Source: Myxococcota bacterium (GTDB lineage Bacteria; Myxococcota; Myxococcia; Myxococcales; Myxococcaceae). From it: a stretch of DNA of 44,243 nt. Positions 8,631-17,698 of the stretch are shown here, in pieces; positions within the stretch are counted from its first letter, which is position 1, and every line of letters begins with the position of its first letter. Location of the stretch: contig JBMORE010000194.1 of the NCBI GenBank assembly GCA_049322255.1, positions 1 through 44,243 of the forward strand. The letters are read 5' to 3'. The notes beneath the pieces were generated by a model. That model was not told where the DNA came from, did no database searches, and saw only the letters and a program-made list of their open reading frames with translations. Both the position numbers and the translations under genes were made by a program.

Positions 8631-9662
8631 GTGGCAGACGACATCGGCGATCGCGAACGCGGCGTCTTGCGGGCGGTGGTGCAAGAGTACATCGCCACCG
8701 GCGACCCAGTGGGCAGCTCGCAGCTGACGCGGCGGCCGGAGTTCGACGTCTCCTCGGCCACGGTGCGCAACGTGATGGCTGACTTGGAGGCGCTCGGTTA
8801 CCTCGAGAAGCCGCACACCTCAGCGGGTCGGGTGCCGACCGATCGAGGCTACCGCTTCTATTGCGACACGCTCTTGCGGCTGAAAGAGCCGGCCCCCAAG
8901 GAGCGGGAGCTGATTCAAAAAGAGCTCGGCCTCTCCGCGGGGGTGGAGGAGAAGTTTCAGGAGACGAGCAAGCTGCTCCACTTTCTCACCAACCACGCGG
9001 GGGTGGTGCTCACCCCGCGGCCCTCGGCCATCATGCTCGAGCGGTTCGAGTTCGTCCGCCTGCGCGAGGACCGGGTGCTGGCCATCTTGGTGGGCAAGAA
9101 CGGCCAGGTGCAGAACAAGCTGGTGCAGCTCGACTTCGCGGTGAGCGCCGACGAGCTGGTGAAGGCCTCCAACTACCTGAACGACCTGCTCACCCAGACC
9201 CCGCTGGAGAATTTGCGGGAGCGCATCCTGCTCGAGCTGGAGCAAGACCGGGCGCGCTTCGACGAGCTGTCGAAGAAGGCGCTCGTCCTGGGAGCGGCGG
9301 CCACCGACCACGTCAGCTCGGAGCGGGTGCTCATCGAGGGCACCGGTTCCTTCCTCGAGGCCAAAGAATTCGCCGACGTCGAAAAGATGCGTGCCCTCTT
9401 CCGCGCGCTCGACGAGAAGCACAAGCTGCTCGAGCTGCTCGACCGGGTGCAGCGCGCGCGGGAGATGCAGATTTTCATCGGCGCCGAGAGCGACTTCTCC
9501 GCCCAGCCCGACGTGGCGCTCATCGCCAGCCCCTACGGCACCGCCGACACGGTGTTGGGCACCGTGGGGGTCATCGGCCCCACCCGTATGAATTACCAGC
9601 GCATCATCCCCCTGGTGTCCTTCACCGCCCAGGTGCTCTCCCGCGAGTTGGAAGAGGACTGA
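8631..9662 (+). CDS. hrcA: Heat-inducible transcription repressor HrcA
   Basis: YIATGDPVGS, SSATVRNVMADLE, PHTSAGRVPTDRGYRFY and GVIGPTRMNY motifs. Confidence 0.97.
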   Translation: MADDIGDRERGVLRAVVQEYIATGDPVGSSQLTRRPEFDVSSATVRNVMADLEALGYLEKPHTSAGRVPTDRGYRFYCDTLLRLKEPAPKERELIQKELGLSAGVEEKFQETSKLLHFLTNHAGVVLTPRPSAIMLERFEFVRLREDRVLAILVGKNGQVQNKLVQLDFAVSADELVKASNYLNDLLTQTPLENLRERILLELEQDRARFDELSKKALVLGAAATDHVSSERVLIEGTGSFLEAKEFADVEKMRALFRALDEKHKLLELLDRVQRAREMQIFIGAESDFSAQPDVALIASPYGTADTVLGTVGVIGPTRMNYQRIIPLVSFTAQVLSRELEED

Positions 9663-9675
9663 AAGGAAGATCTTC

Positions 9676-10194
9676 GTGGACGCAGCTGCCCGTTCGTTCT
9701 CGCCGGCGTGGACAGTCCTCAGCGTCTTTCTTTTCCTCGCCGTGGAGTTGGTAATCGGCGTGTGGGTGGGCCCGATGGTGGTGGGCCGCTATGTCTCGCC
9801 GATGTTTCACCTTCAACTGCAGATGATCATGCACCTGGCCAGCTTCTATCTGGGCGGGGTGTTGGTGGGGTTGCTCTCGCCCGGCGTGCGACTCAAGGAG
9901 CCGGCGGTAGGTGCGGCCATCTCGGTGGTGGTGGTGTTTCTCTTTTCCTTCTTCATGCCCACCTGGTTCTACCTCGTCAGCCCAGGGAGGATGGCCATCG
10001 GGGCGCTCATCGCCATGGGGCTGGCGGTCGGTGGTGCGTACTCGGGCGAGCGGTTGATGGGCAACATCGACGCCAACGGCGAGGACGCTCGGCGGACGGC
10101 GCGCGGGCGGCTGCGTTCGCGACTGTGGAACGAGTCGAGCGGTCTGTTCATCCAGCGTGCCCCGCCGCCGGAGTCGAAGCTCTTTCGCGAATAA
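9676..10194 (+). CDS. Hypothetical integral membrane protein (about 4 TM)
   Basis: Hydrophobic helices; RBS aaagga before GTG; follows hrcA by 13 nt. Confidence 0.7.
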   Translation: MDAAARSFSPAWTVLSVFLFLAVELVIGVWVGPMVVGRYVSPMFHLQLQMIMHLASFYLGGVLVGLLSPGVRLKEPAVGAAISVVVVFLFSFFMPTWFYLVSPGRMAIGALIAMGLAVGGAYSGERLMGNIDANGEDARRTARGRLRSRLWNESSGLFIQRAPPPESKLFRE

Positions 10195-10230
10195 GGCGAG
10201 ATATTCGAGGTGGCTTACTGCACCTCGAGC

Positions 10231-10728
10231 CTACCCGCGGTTCAACCGCACCGCGCGGAAGGCGCTGCTCAGTGGCAGGGCGAGCAGGATGAGCGCCAGA
10301 GGACCGCGGTCGCGCAAGGCAAGGGCCAGCCCACCGAAAACCACCAGGTCGAGGGCAAACCCGCCCCAGGCGAGCATGGGCTTGCGCACCTTCCACAAGA
10401 CGGCGGCGTAGCCCACGTAGAAGAGCGCTCCGGCTGCCCCCAGCGCCCACTTCGTCGCCGGGCCCCAAGAGGGGAAAAACGCTCCCGAGAAACCGAGCAG
10501 CGCGGCCACCACCGCTCCGCGCACCAGCGCCGACACCGCCAGCCCGCGGTACAAAAAATCGCTCCCGGCAGACGCCCGCGCCACGCACTGCGGGCAGCGG
10601 CCTTGGGTGGCGCTCCCATCTCCCTTCACGCAGCGCAGGCAGACGTAACGCCCGCAAAGGGTGCACGTGCCGGTCACCACCTCGTCAGGGTGAAAAGGGC
10701 ACGCGGCGGCCGGAGTCTCGCTCGCCAT
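10231..10728 (-). CDS. Membrane protein with N-terminal B-box-like zinc finger
   Basis: CPFH...CTLCGRYVCLRC...CPQC followed by about 4 TM helices; starts 3 nt after the upstream stop. Confidence 0.7.
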   Translation of the reverse strand: MASETPAAACPFHPDEVVTGTCTLCGRYVCLRCVKGDGSATQGRCPQCVARASAGSDFLYRGLAVSALVRGAVVAALLGFSGAFFPSWGPATKWALGAAGALFYVGYAAVLWKVRKPMLAWGGFALDLVVFGGLALALRDRGPLALILLALPLSSAFRAVRLNRG

Positions 10729-10731
10729 GCT

Positions 10732-11397
10732 TTAGCGCTTGGCTCCCAGAGGAAGCGCCACCTTCAAGGGCTCTCCTCCCATCGGTACGATGAGCGGCTG
10801 GTCGAGCTTCTCGTGCCGCACCTCGAGCTCGCTGGCGCCTTCGGGCACGTCGGCGATGGCGAAGCGCCCCTCCTGGTCGGTCACCGCGAAGTAGGCATGC
10901 GGCAGCACGTGAATGAGGGAGCGCATCCACGTATGGCCGGCGTCGCAGCGCACGTCGAGCACGCCCTCTTTCTTCGCGGTGGTCTTGCGCTTCAGGTTCT
11001 TGAGCGGGAAGGGGTAATTGAAGACGGTGGCCGTGCCCTGCATCGCCCGTGCGTTGTGCAGCACTGCGTCGCTGTTCCACAGCTCGATGGTCGAGCCCAC
11101 CGGCACCGCCGCCACCCGGGGAAGGAAGCGGCACTTGAGCTGGTCGATGGCGACGAGGCCGGGCTTGGGCGGGGGAGGCTTGGACAGCCGCACCACCACC
11201 ACCGCGTTGGCGACGCCTCCTTGCTCCCCGACGATGAGCGAGTCGTCGGGAATGGTTTCACCGCAGGCGTGGACGTCTTTGGTCACCGCCAGCGTCGAAG
11301 GCGCGGGACGGTCGCCTTTCAGCACCACCACCCCGCGCACCTCGGCGGCGAGCGCTTCGAGGGCGAACAAGCTCGTCAGCGCCCACAGGCGAATCAT
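10732..11397 (-). CDS. Secreted cupredoxin-like / carboxypeptidase-regulatory-like domain protein
   Basis: Signal peptide, IDQLKCRFLPRV, NSDAVLHN, CDAGHTWM, YFAVTDQEGRFAI. ATGA overlap with the cytochrome gene. Confidence 0.75.
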   Translation of the reverse strand: MIRLWALTSLFALEALAAEVRGVVVLKGDRPAPSTLAVTKDVHACGETIPDDSLIVGEQGGVANAVVVVRLSKPPPPKPGLVAIDQLKCRFLPRVAAVPVGSTIELWNSDAVLHNARAMQGTATVFNYPFPLKNLKRKTTAKKEGVLDVRCDAGHTWMRSLIHVLPHAYFAVTDQEGRFAIADVPEGASELEVRHEKLDQPLIVPMGGEPLKVALPLGAKR

Positions 11398-12389
11398 GTT
11401 TCGCCCAGCTTCTTTTTCCACTCCTCGGAGAGCTCCCGCTCGGGAATGGCGTTCTTCGCCGGTTTGAGCGACTGGAGGTAGGAGACCAGAGCGTCCAAGT
11501 CCTCGTCGGTCATCGTCGACCAGTGCGAGATGTAGAGAGACATGGGAGGCGCCATCTTCTTCCCGTCGAGCCGGGTGCCGGTGCGCATCGCCTGCTTGAT
11601 TTGCTCGGCGGTGTAGTTGCCCAGGCCCGTCTCCTTGTCGGGGGTGAGGTTACGGATGGGGACCTTGCCCAACCCGGGCAGCTCCTCCACCCGTCCGCCC
11701 GCCATCCACAACGGGTCGTCCTCTTGGCGAGGCATGCCATCGGAGGTGGCGGCGTGGCACTCCCAGCAGTGCCCCAGGCGCATCACGTACTCGCCGTACT
11801 TCACCTGGTTCGACTTGTCAGGCGGCGGCACGTTGGTGGCCGGCAGGTGGTGCGCCACCCCGCGCCTGAGCAGAAAGCCGACGAAGCCCCCCATCTCCGA
11901 CTTGCCCGACTTGGTCTTCACCTTGGGGATGGAGCGCAGGTAGGCGACGATGGAGCGCACGTCCTCGTCGGACATGTGTTGGTAGGAATTGAAGGGCATC
12001 ATCGGGAAGAGGAGCCGCCCGTCCTTGCCGATGCCGTCGCGGATGGCGCGCATGATTTCGTCGTCCGTCCAGGTGCCTAAGCCCGTTTCCTCATCAGAGG
12101 TGAGGTTGGGCATGAAGAGGGTCGCTCCCATCTCGGGTACGGTGTCGCCGATGCCGCCCGCCAGGTACTTCTCGGTGCTCTCCCCGGAGTTGATGAAGGC
12201 GTGGAGGTTGTCGCCCCCTTCGCGCCCGCTGTGGCAGCCCCCGCAGGCGCCCACCGAATTGACCAAGTACTCGCCCCGCGCCAGCCGCTCGGCAGTGGCT
12301 TCTACTTTTTCGTCCGTGGTGGGGCGGATGTACTTCCCCGTGCAGGCCGCCAAGAGCAGCGCCGCGGCAACCAACTTCTTCGCGTTCAA
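11394..12389 (-). CDS. Diheme cytochrome c lipoprotein
   Basis: CGGCH and CWECH heme motifs, RGEYL and NLTxD.ETGLG repeats, lipobox LLAA-C. TTG start after GGAGGGAG. Confidence 0.9.
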   Translation of the reverse strand: MNAKKLVAAALLLAACTGKYIRPTTDEKVEATAERLARGEYLVNSVGACGGCHSGREGGDNLHAFINSGESTEKYLAGGIGDTVPEMGATLFMPNLTSDEETGLGTWTDDEIMRAIRDGIGKDGRLLFPMMPFNSYQHMSDEDVRSIVAYLRSIPKVKTKSGKSEMGGFVGFLLRRGVAHHLPATNVPPPDKSNQVKYGEYVMRLGHCWECHAATSDGMPRQEDDPLWMAGGRVEELPGLGKVPIRNLTPDKETGLGNYTAEQIKQAMRTGTRLDGKKMAPPMSLYISHWSTMTDEDLDALVSYLQSLKPAKNAIPERELSEEWKKKLGET

Positions 12390-12466
12390 GACTCCCTCCA
12401 GTCTCAAGGTGGAAGGAGCCCACTACAACGAAGGGCGAATGAAATCCACGACGGAGACGCGCCACC

Positions 12467-12979
12467 TCATCTGGCTGCGTGGGCGCGCCCGGGTTTGGCG
12501 CGCCGCGCGCGATGCGACGTGGTGAGCACCTCGGGGAAGGGACAGAACAGCTCGGTGGGTGCGTCGCTTGGGTCCCCCAGCGGGTCGCTCACGAGCTGCA
12601 CCACGTCCGAGTCGACGGTGTCGATGCTCTCGGCGATGGGCGAAGGCGCCCTCGCCACCGGCGCGGCTTGCTGAGGCTGAAGCTCGTCGAGGGCCCGCAA
12701 CACGCCGGCGTCCTCCGGGCAAGCCTCCAGCGCCAATCGCAGCGCCGCGCGGGCCCGTGGCAAGTGTCCGGCTTCGGCGAGTAGGTGCGCCGCCACTCGA
12801 AAAGAGGCCACCGCTTCATCGAGCTTGCCCAGGCGTTGGCACAACTCGGCGTGCCGCAACCGCAACGCGGGGTCTTTGCGCTCCACCCCGATGAGCTGCC
12901 GGTACAGCTCGGTGGCAGCGCCGACCTTCCCCTTGCTCAGCAGCTTGTGCGCCTTGTCTTTGAGCTCGCGGACGCTCAG
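12467..12979 (-). CDS. Tetratricopeptide-repeat protein with acidic tail (putative CTG start)
   Basis: Helical TPR pattern (ELYRQL...KDPALRLRHAELCQRLGKLDEAVASF). GAGG sits just before CTG at 12979. Confidence 0.65.
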   Translation of the reverse strand: MSVRELKDKAHKLLSKGKVGAATELYRQLIGVERKDPALRLRHAELCQRLGKLDEAVASFRVAAHLLAEAGHLPRARAALRLALEACPEDAGVLRALDELQPQQAAPVARAPSPIAESIDTVDSDVVQLVSDPLGDPSDAPTELFCPFPEVLTTSHRARRAKPGRAHAAR

Positions 12980-13207
12980 GGTGGACCTCTTCGAAAGAAA
13001 GCCGATCCGCTGCAATCCCTTGTCCTGCGGGACGCTTCTTGTAGCCCGCTGACTTTGTTTGGTTTTTGGTGAACGCTCAGGTGGTTTTCTGACGGCCGGG
13101 CGATCGCTGGAGTGCGCATGTCCACACCAGTGGCGTTGGGCCATCGTTGCTCTGGTGGTGGCGACCGGCCTTCGTTCGGTGGTTGGATGCCGCCGGTGAA
13201 TGAGCGG

Positions 13208-14266
13208 ATGCAGGGTGCCGGAAACCGGCTGGTGTTCTTGGATTTGTCCCGGTGCGTGGCGCTGGGTCTCATGGTCTTCGCCCACGTCAGCGACGCGATG
13301 AGAGCGCCCCTGCTCTGGGAGCGCTTCGACCTCTTCCACCAGCATTTTCGCGGCATCACCGCGCCCATCTTCTTCGTGGTGAGCGGGTGGGCCTTCGCGG
13401 TGGCGACCTTCCCCCACCTCGAGGCCTATCAGCGCTGGGGGCCGGCGCTCCAGCACCGACTGACCCGCGTCGGGGTGCTCTTCTTTTGGGGTTATGCGCT
13501 CACCTTGCCGTGGTGGGCAGAAGGGTTTCCCTTGGCGCTGGCGGAGACGGCCATGCGGCCGTTTCTCGCCTTCGGGGTGTTGCAGTGCGTGGGGGGTGCG
13601 CTCCTGGTCGCCCACGTGTTGTTGTTCCTCGCATCCACCGTTCGACGGTACCTGGGGTGGGCGCTCGTTCTCTCCCTGGCGACGGTGGCGGTGGCGCCGT
13701 GGATGGAGGGGTGGGCACAGACGCTTCCCCTGCCTTTGCGCGGCGTCGTCTCCCCCTTGGGCACCAGCGGAGGTTTCCCCATCGCTCCTCATGCCGCCTA
13801 TTTCTGGCTGGGGAGCGTGGCCGGCGGCTGGGCGTACACGCGTGGTTGGTCGGTGCGACGCATCGGGCTTTGGGCGGCGGTCGCGGGCCTGCTCGGCCTC
13901 GGGGTGGGGTCGGCTTTCGACCAGCCGATCCCGGCCAGCCCGGGCCTGTTCGTCTACCGGCTAGGAGTGGCGGCCTTGCTTTTGGCGCTGATGGCGCTGG
14001 CCAGTCAAAAGGTGAAGCGGCTTCCTGCGGGGCTGCGCATTCCCAGCGCCCACGCGCTCAGCTTCTACGTGGGGCACATGCTTCTCATTTGGGGGGTGCC
14101 GTTCGTGCCGGGGTTGGCGGCTCGCATCGGCTCCGCGCTCTCCCCGATGGAGTGCGCGTTGTGGACCGTGGCGTGCCTGGTGACGGTGTACGGTGTTCTA
14201 TGGGGAGCGCGCCGTCTGCGCACCCGCCTGGCGCCCTTGTGGGAACGACGCCTGGTGAGGGCCTGA
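13208..14266 (+). CDS. Multi-TM acyltransferase-like protein (DUF1624 / heparan-alpha-glucosaminide N-acetyltransferase-like)
   Basis: RLVFLDLSR..A...M...H, APIFFVVSG, GVLQC and many TM helices. Confidence 0.75.
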   Translation: MQGAGNRLVFLDLSRCVALGLMVFAHVSDAMRAPLLWERFDLFHQHFRGITAPIFFVVSGWAFAVATFPHLEAYQRWGPALQHRLTRVGVLFFWGYALTLPWWAEGFPLALAETAMRPFLAFGVLQCVGGALLVAHVLLFLASTVRRYLGWALVLSLATVAVAPWMEGWAQTLPLPLRGVVSPLGTSGGFPIAPHAAYFWLGSVAGGWAYTRGWSVRRIGLWAAVAGLLGLGVGSAFDQPIPASPGLFVYRLGVAALLLALMALASQKVKRLPAGLRIPSAHALSFYVGHMLLIWGVPFVPGLAARIGSALSPMECALWTVACLVTVYGVLWGARRLRTRLAPLWERRLVRA

Positions 14267-14282
14267 ACCCCAGGGTACGCGC

Positions 14283-14789
14283 TCAGGGATCCACGGGAGT
14301 GGCGAATCGGCGAACGTTCCAGGTCGTGAGATCGCGGTGGATCTTCATCGGTGGCAGGGCCATGTCAACGCCGTTGAGGGTTACGGCGGCTCCTATCCCT
14401 TTGCAGACGTACGATAGACGGCCTTCCTCAGTCGATATCGTTCGCTCTTCGTCAATGACAGTCTTCTTGTATGCGATGAATCGCGCGCTCTCCTCGATCA
14501 GTTGATGCCCACCATCGGCGAGAGTCATGACGGGGAGATCTACGCGAAGTCCATCTTTCGCGTACACACGCGCCACGAGGACGTCGGTGCACGCGGAGCA
14601 ATCCATTCCTGCGTTACACCATTCGGCACATCCTCCTCGCATTGCGACAAACCAGTCGTTGAGGCAAAGGTCAGAAAGAGGAGCGGGTGCTGCCTTTGTT
14701 TCAGTCTGCTTGCAACTCGACGCCAGCACCAGCGTGGCGGTGGCAATGGCGGGGAAAAAATGTCGGGCACGGACCCCAAACGATCGCAT
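14283..14789 (-). CDS. Hypothetical lipoprotein, lower GC
   Basis: Lipobox-like LVLASS-C and a four-Cys cluster; visibly lower GC than the flanks. Confidence 0.55.
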   Translation of the reverse strand: MRSFGVRARHFFPAIATATLVLASSCKQTETKAAPAPLSDLCLNDWFVAMRGGCAEWCNAGMDCSACTDVLVARVYAKDGLRVDLPVMTLADGGHQLIEESARFIAYKKTVIDEERTISTEEGRLSYVCKGIGAAVTLNGVDMALPPMKIHRDLTTWNVRRFATPVDP

Positions 14790-14838
14790 GCTGTACTCTC
14801 TTGGTGCGTACATCGATAGGCTCCTCTGGGAGGTCAGC

Positions 14839-15348
14839 ATGACACCGTCCTCGTTCTTACGTGCTCTATGGTTTCTTTCACTCTGCGGTGCCATCGGCTG
14901 CGGCTCGTCGATCGCCTCGCCTGGGGACGCGGGGGGCGGGGCGGGTGGCGGTGACGGTGGCTCCGTCACCAACGATGCGGGCGGTACGAACGACCCGGAC
15001 GCGGGCGGAGGAAATGTCGATGCGGGCGTGGACGGAGGGGCGACCCAGTCTCCGCCTGCTCCGGGGCAGATGGGAGGCGCCTGTACCGCCAACTCCAATT
15101 GCCAGGCGCCAGCGACTGCCTGTCACCTGAACGCCTGGGGCACCCCCGGAGGGATGTGCACCGTCTTCTGCAGCATGCCCAACGACCCCGTCTGCCCCGC
15201 CGGCTCGCTCTGCGGGTGCACCCCGGGAGTCACCGGACAGTGCACCTGCATCGTCCGCTGCACCTCGTCGAGCCAGTGCCGGACCGCCGACGGCTACACT
15301 TGCTGCTCCCGCGACCAGGCCTGCATTCCCACGACTTGGTGCAACTAA
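14839..15348 (+). CDS. Lipoprotein with DAG linker and 16-Cys C-terminal domain
   Basis: GGAGG RBS, lipobox GAIG-C, DAG/DGG repeats, Cys-rich tail. Confidence 0.8.
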   Translation: MTPSSFLRALWFLSLCGAIGCGSSIASPGDAGGGAGGGDGGSVTNDAGGTNDPDAGGGNVDAGVDGGATQSPPAPGQMGGACTANSNCQAPATACHLNAWGTPGGMCTVFCSMPNDPVCPAGSLCGCTPGVTGQCTCIVRCTSSSQCRTADGYTCCSRDQACIPTTWCN

Positions 15349-15354
15349 AGGCGT

Positions 15355-16125
15355 TCAGTTCTCCACCAGCTCCTGCTTCTTCGCCTCGTAGCCTTCGGGG
15401 GCGCTCAAGGTGAACGACTCGGCGGGCAGGGGAGGGTTGATTTCCACCTTGGACAGTGTGGTGGTTGCCACCGGGTCCTTTTCCTCCCACTGGGTCAGCT
15501 TTTGGGGAAAGCACATTTTCAGCGCCGCCTCACAGTGCTCGGCCTCGACACGAATCTCCACCGTGCGCCCGCCCACCTCGGTCTTGCGGCCGAGGAAGTC
15601 GAGCGATGGCCACCTCAAGGTGTAGCGCACCGAGAGCTGCTTGCCCTCGTCATCGTGGGTGGTGACCGACACCTCCACCGCGTCGGGCGCCTTGGGGTGG
15701 GTCACCCGTTGGGCGGTCACTCCCTCGGTGGTGAGCAGCGGCGCGCGAAAGCCTTCCGGGGCGAAGGGAGCGAAGGTTTGGGTGAGGAAGAGCACACTCT
15801 TCTTCGGGGGCAGCTTGAGCTCGTAAGTGGTGAAGGTCTTGGCGTCTTCGGCCATCTCGAAGAGCGTCTGCCCGTCGAAGGAGAAAGTGCGCTTGACCGG
15901 TGTTTTGAGCTCCCCGCGCATCTTGTTGGGGAAGCGGTAGAAGAACTCGAAGGTTGCCTCTTGGCCTTGCTCCTGAACCCGACCCGCCAGGTGGTACCTT
16001 TGAAGCTTGAAGTCTCGCTCAGCGAGGCCCTGCTTCACCTGCGATAGGAGAGCCGATGAAGACTCCGCCTTCTTCGCCGGGCAGGCGCTGAAAAGGAGGG
16101 CAGCGAGTAGGAGAAGGGGACGCAC
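15355..16125 (-). CDS. LolA-like / outer-membrane lipoprotein-sorting family lipoprotein
   Basis: Lipobox LFSA-C; FFYRFPNKMR, FSFDGQTLF and EINPPLPAESFTLSAPEG fit the LolA fold pattern. Confidence 0.7.
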   Translation of the reverse strand: MRPLLLLAALLFSACPAKKAESSSALLSQVKQGLAERDFKLQRYHLAGRVQEQGQEATFEFFYRFPNKMRGELKTPVKRTFSFDGQTLFEMAEDAKTFTTYELKLPPKKSVLFLTQTFAPFAPEGFRAPLLTTEGVTAQRVTHPKAPDAVEVSVTTHDDEGKQLSVRYTLRWPSLDFLGRKTEVGGRTVEIRVEAEHCEAALKMCFPQKLTQWEEKDPVATTTLSKVEINPPLPAESFTLSAPEGYEAKKQELVEN

Positions 16126-16126
16126 C

Positions 16127-16160
16127 AAAGAAAAGGCCCCCTTGTTTCCAAGAGGGCCCT
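16127..16160 (-). terminator. Intrinsic terminator after the 16184-16546 lipoprotein gene
   Basis: Minus strand AGGGCCCTCTTG-GAAA-CAAGGGGGCCTT followed by TTCTTT. Confidence 0.75.
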
Positions 16161-16183
16161 CCCTAAAGAGACGAAAAAATTGC

Positions 16184-16546
16184 TTACTTGACGGCGACGC
16201 CCGTTGCAGTCGCCATCGGAGGAACACCCGCGATGTAGCTAATGATGCCTCCGCCCAGCGCGAAAATGCCGTTTCGGGGAGTCGTCCAAGCGGTCTTGAT
16301 GTCGACCTTCGAGGCCCCCATCGCCTTGGCCTCGGCGACCAGGAGCTTGTTCACCACGATGTCCAAGTCAGCCTGAACGAGATCTACCATGTGAAAAATC
16401 GCGGACAGGCCGATTGCCGTGGCCTGAACGACGGCCACCGCCTCGCCGTTGGCGGCGATTTCGGAGCCCGAGACGGTAGCGGTCTCGACGCTGGTACAGG
16501 CCACAAGGCTGGCCGCCGCAAACACAGCAACAAACGCCTTCTTCAT
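16184..16546 (-). CDS. Small lipoprotein (120 aa)
   Basis: GGAGGT RBS, MKK plus hydrophobic core plus lipobox LVA-C, own terminator. Confidence 0.85.
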   Translation of the reverse strand: MKKAFVAVFAAASLVACTSVETATVSGSEIAANGEAVAVVQATAIGLSAIFHMVDLVQADLDIVVNKLLVAEAKAMGASKVDIKTAWTTPRNGIFALGGGIISYIAGVPPMATATGVAVK

Positions 16547-16744
16547 GGTTGTTCTACCTCCGAATGGAGTCAGTGAACTGCCAGCTACGACCCAACAGGT
16601 GTTCTGGGCTGTGCCCCCTCAAGCGGGCGTGAGTCGTAGTGGACACCCCCTGGGAAGTCAAGCATCCGATGGGGAGCGTTCTCCCTCGTGCAAGGATCAA
16701 CCTCGATTGAAAAGGGAAAGGTCGCTTGATACCCACATCGGCTC

Positions 16745-17698
16745 ATGCGCACCGCCCTTTTCCTACCCCGCGACAAGCCGCTGTTGAACCTGGGGCTGTT
16801 GGGGGCGACGCTGGCGAGCACCTTCGGGGTGTTCTTCGGCTCCAGCGGCCGGGTGGAGGAGGCGGTGGTCTTCAGCCTCTCCTTGGTGCTCATCCTCGGC
16901 GTCCACGAGATGGGGCACTACGTGCTGGCGCGACTCCACGGAGTGGACGTCTCGCTGCCCTACTTCCTCCCCTTGCCCGCAGGGGTGGGCACCCTGGGGG
17001 CGGTGATTCGCATCCGCGGGCCGATTCCGCACAAGAACGCGCTGGTGGACATCGGCGCCGCTGGCCCCTTGGCCGGGCTTTTGGTGGCCATTCCGTTGAT
17101 GGCGTACGGCCTGTCGCAGTCGGAAATCGTCGCGCTCCCCGGTCCGCGCCCCGCCGCCTTTCCGGGCGACAACTCGCTGTGGGTGCTGCTGCCGGAGCTT
17201 GGGCACTACCTGACCGCCAAGCTGAGCGGCACCTACGTTCCGGCGGCGCCGGTGACGAAGGCCTACATGCTCTACGGAGACAATTTGCTCCTCCTGGGGC
17301 TGCAGCGTCTGGTGCTGGGGCCGCTTCCCCCAGGCTCGGAGGTCTCCGTTCACCCCACCGCTTTCGCCGCCTGGTTTGGAATGTTCGTCACCATGATGAA
17401 CCTCGTCCCCATCGGGCAGCTCGACGGCGGTCACCTCACCCACGCGCTGTGGGGCGCCCGGGCCCAGCTCGTCGGCAAGGTGGTGGCGGTGGGGTTGTTC
17501 TTGCTCATCGTCTTCTCCAGCGTGCTGTGGCTGGTGTGGTTTCTCGTCGTCACCGTCTTCATCGGGTTTCGACACCCCGAGGTCACCACCCCCTCCGAGC
17601 CGCTCTCCAGAGGCCGCCGGTGGGTGTGCGCGCTGACGCTTTTGGCCTTCGTGCTGTGCGCGATGCCGGTGCCCTTCTCGCTGGTGGTCGTCCCGTGA
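16745..17698 (+). CDS. Site-2 protease (M50 intramembrane metalloprotease)
   Basis: HEMGH, IGAAGPLAG and NLVPIGQLDGGH motifs. Confidence 0.93.
   Translation: MRTALFLPRDKPLLNLGLLGATLASTFGVFFGSSGRVEEAVVFSLSLVLILGVHEMGHYVLARLHGVDVSLPYFLPLPAGVGTLGAVIRIRGPIPHKNALVDIGAAGPLAGLLVAIPLMAYGLSQSEIVALPGPRPAAFPGDNSLWVLLPELGHYLTAKLSGTYVPAAPVTKAYMLYGDNLLLLGLQRLVLGPLPPGSEVSVHPTAFAAWFGMFVTMMNLVPIGQLDGGHLTHALWGARAQLVGKVVAVGLFLLIVFSSVLWLVWFLVVTVFIGFRHPEVTTPSEPLSRGRRWVCALTLLAFVLCAMPVPFSLVVVP

Noticed and set aside
16726..17694. N-terminal extension making DinG 971 aa
   Set aside because: It overlaps the site-2 protease in another frame; the GTGA-coupled start at 17695 fits better.
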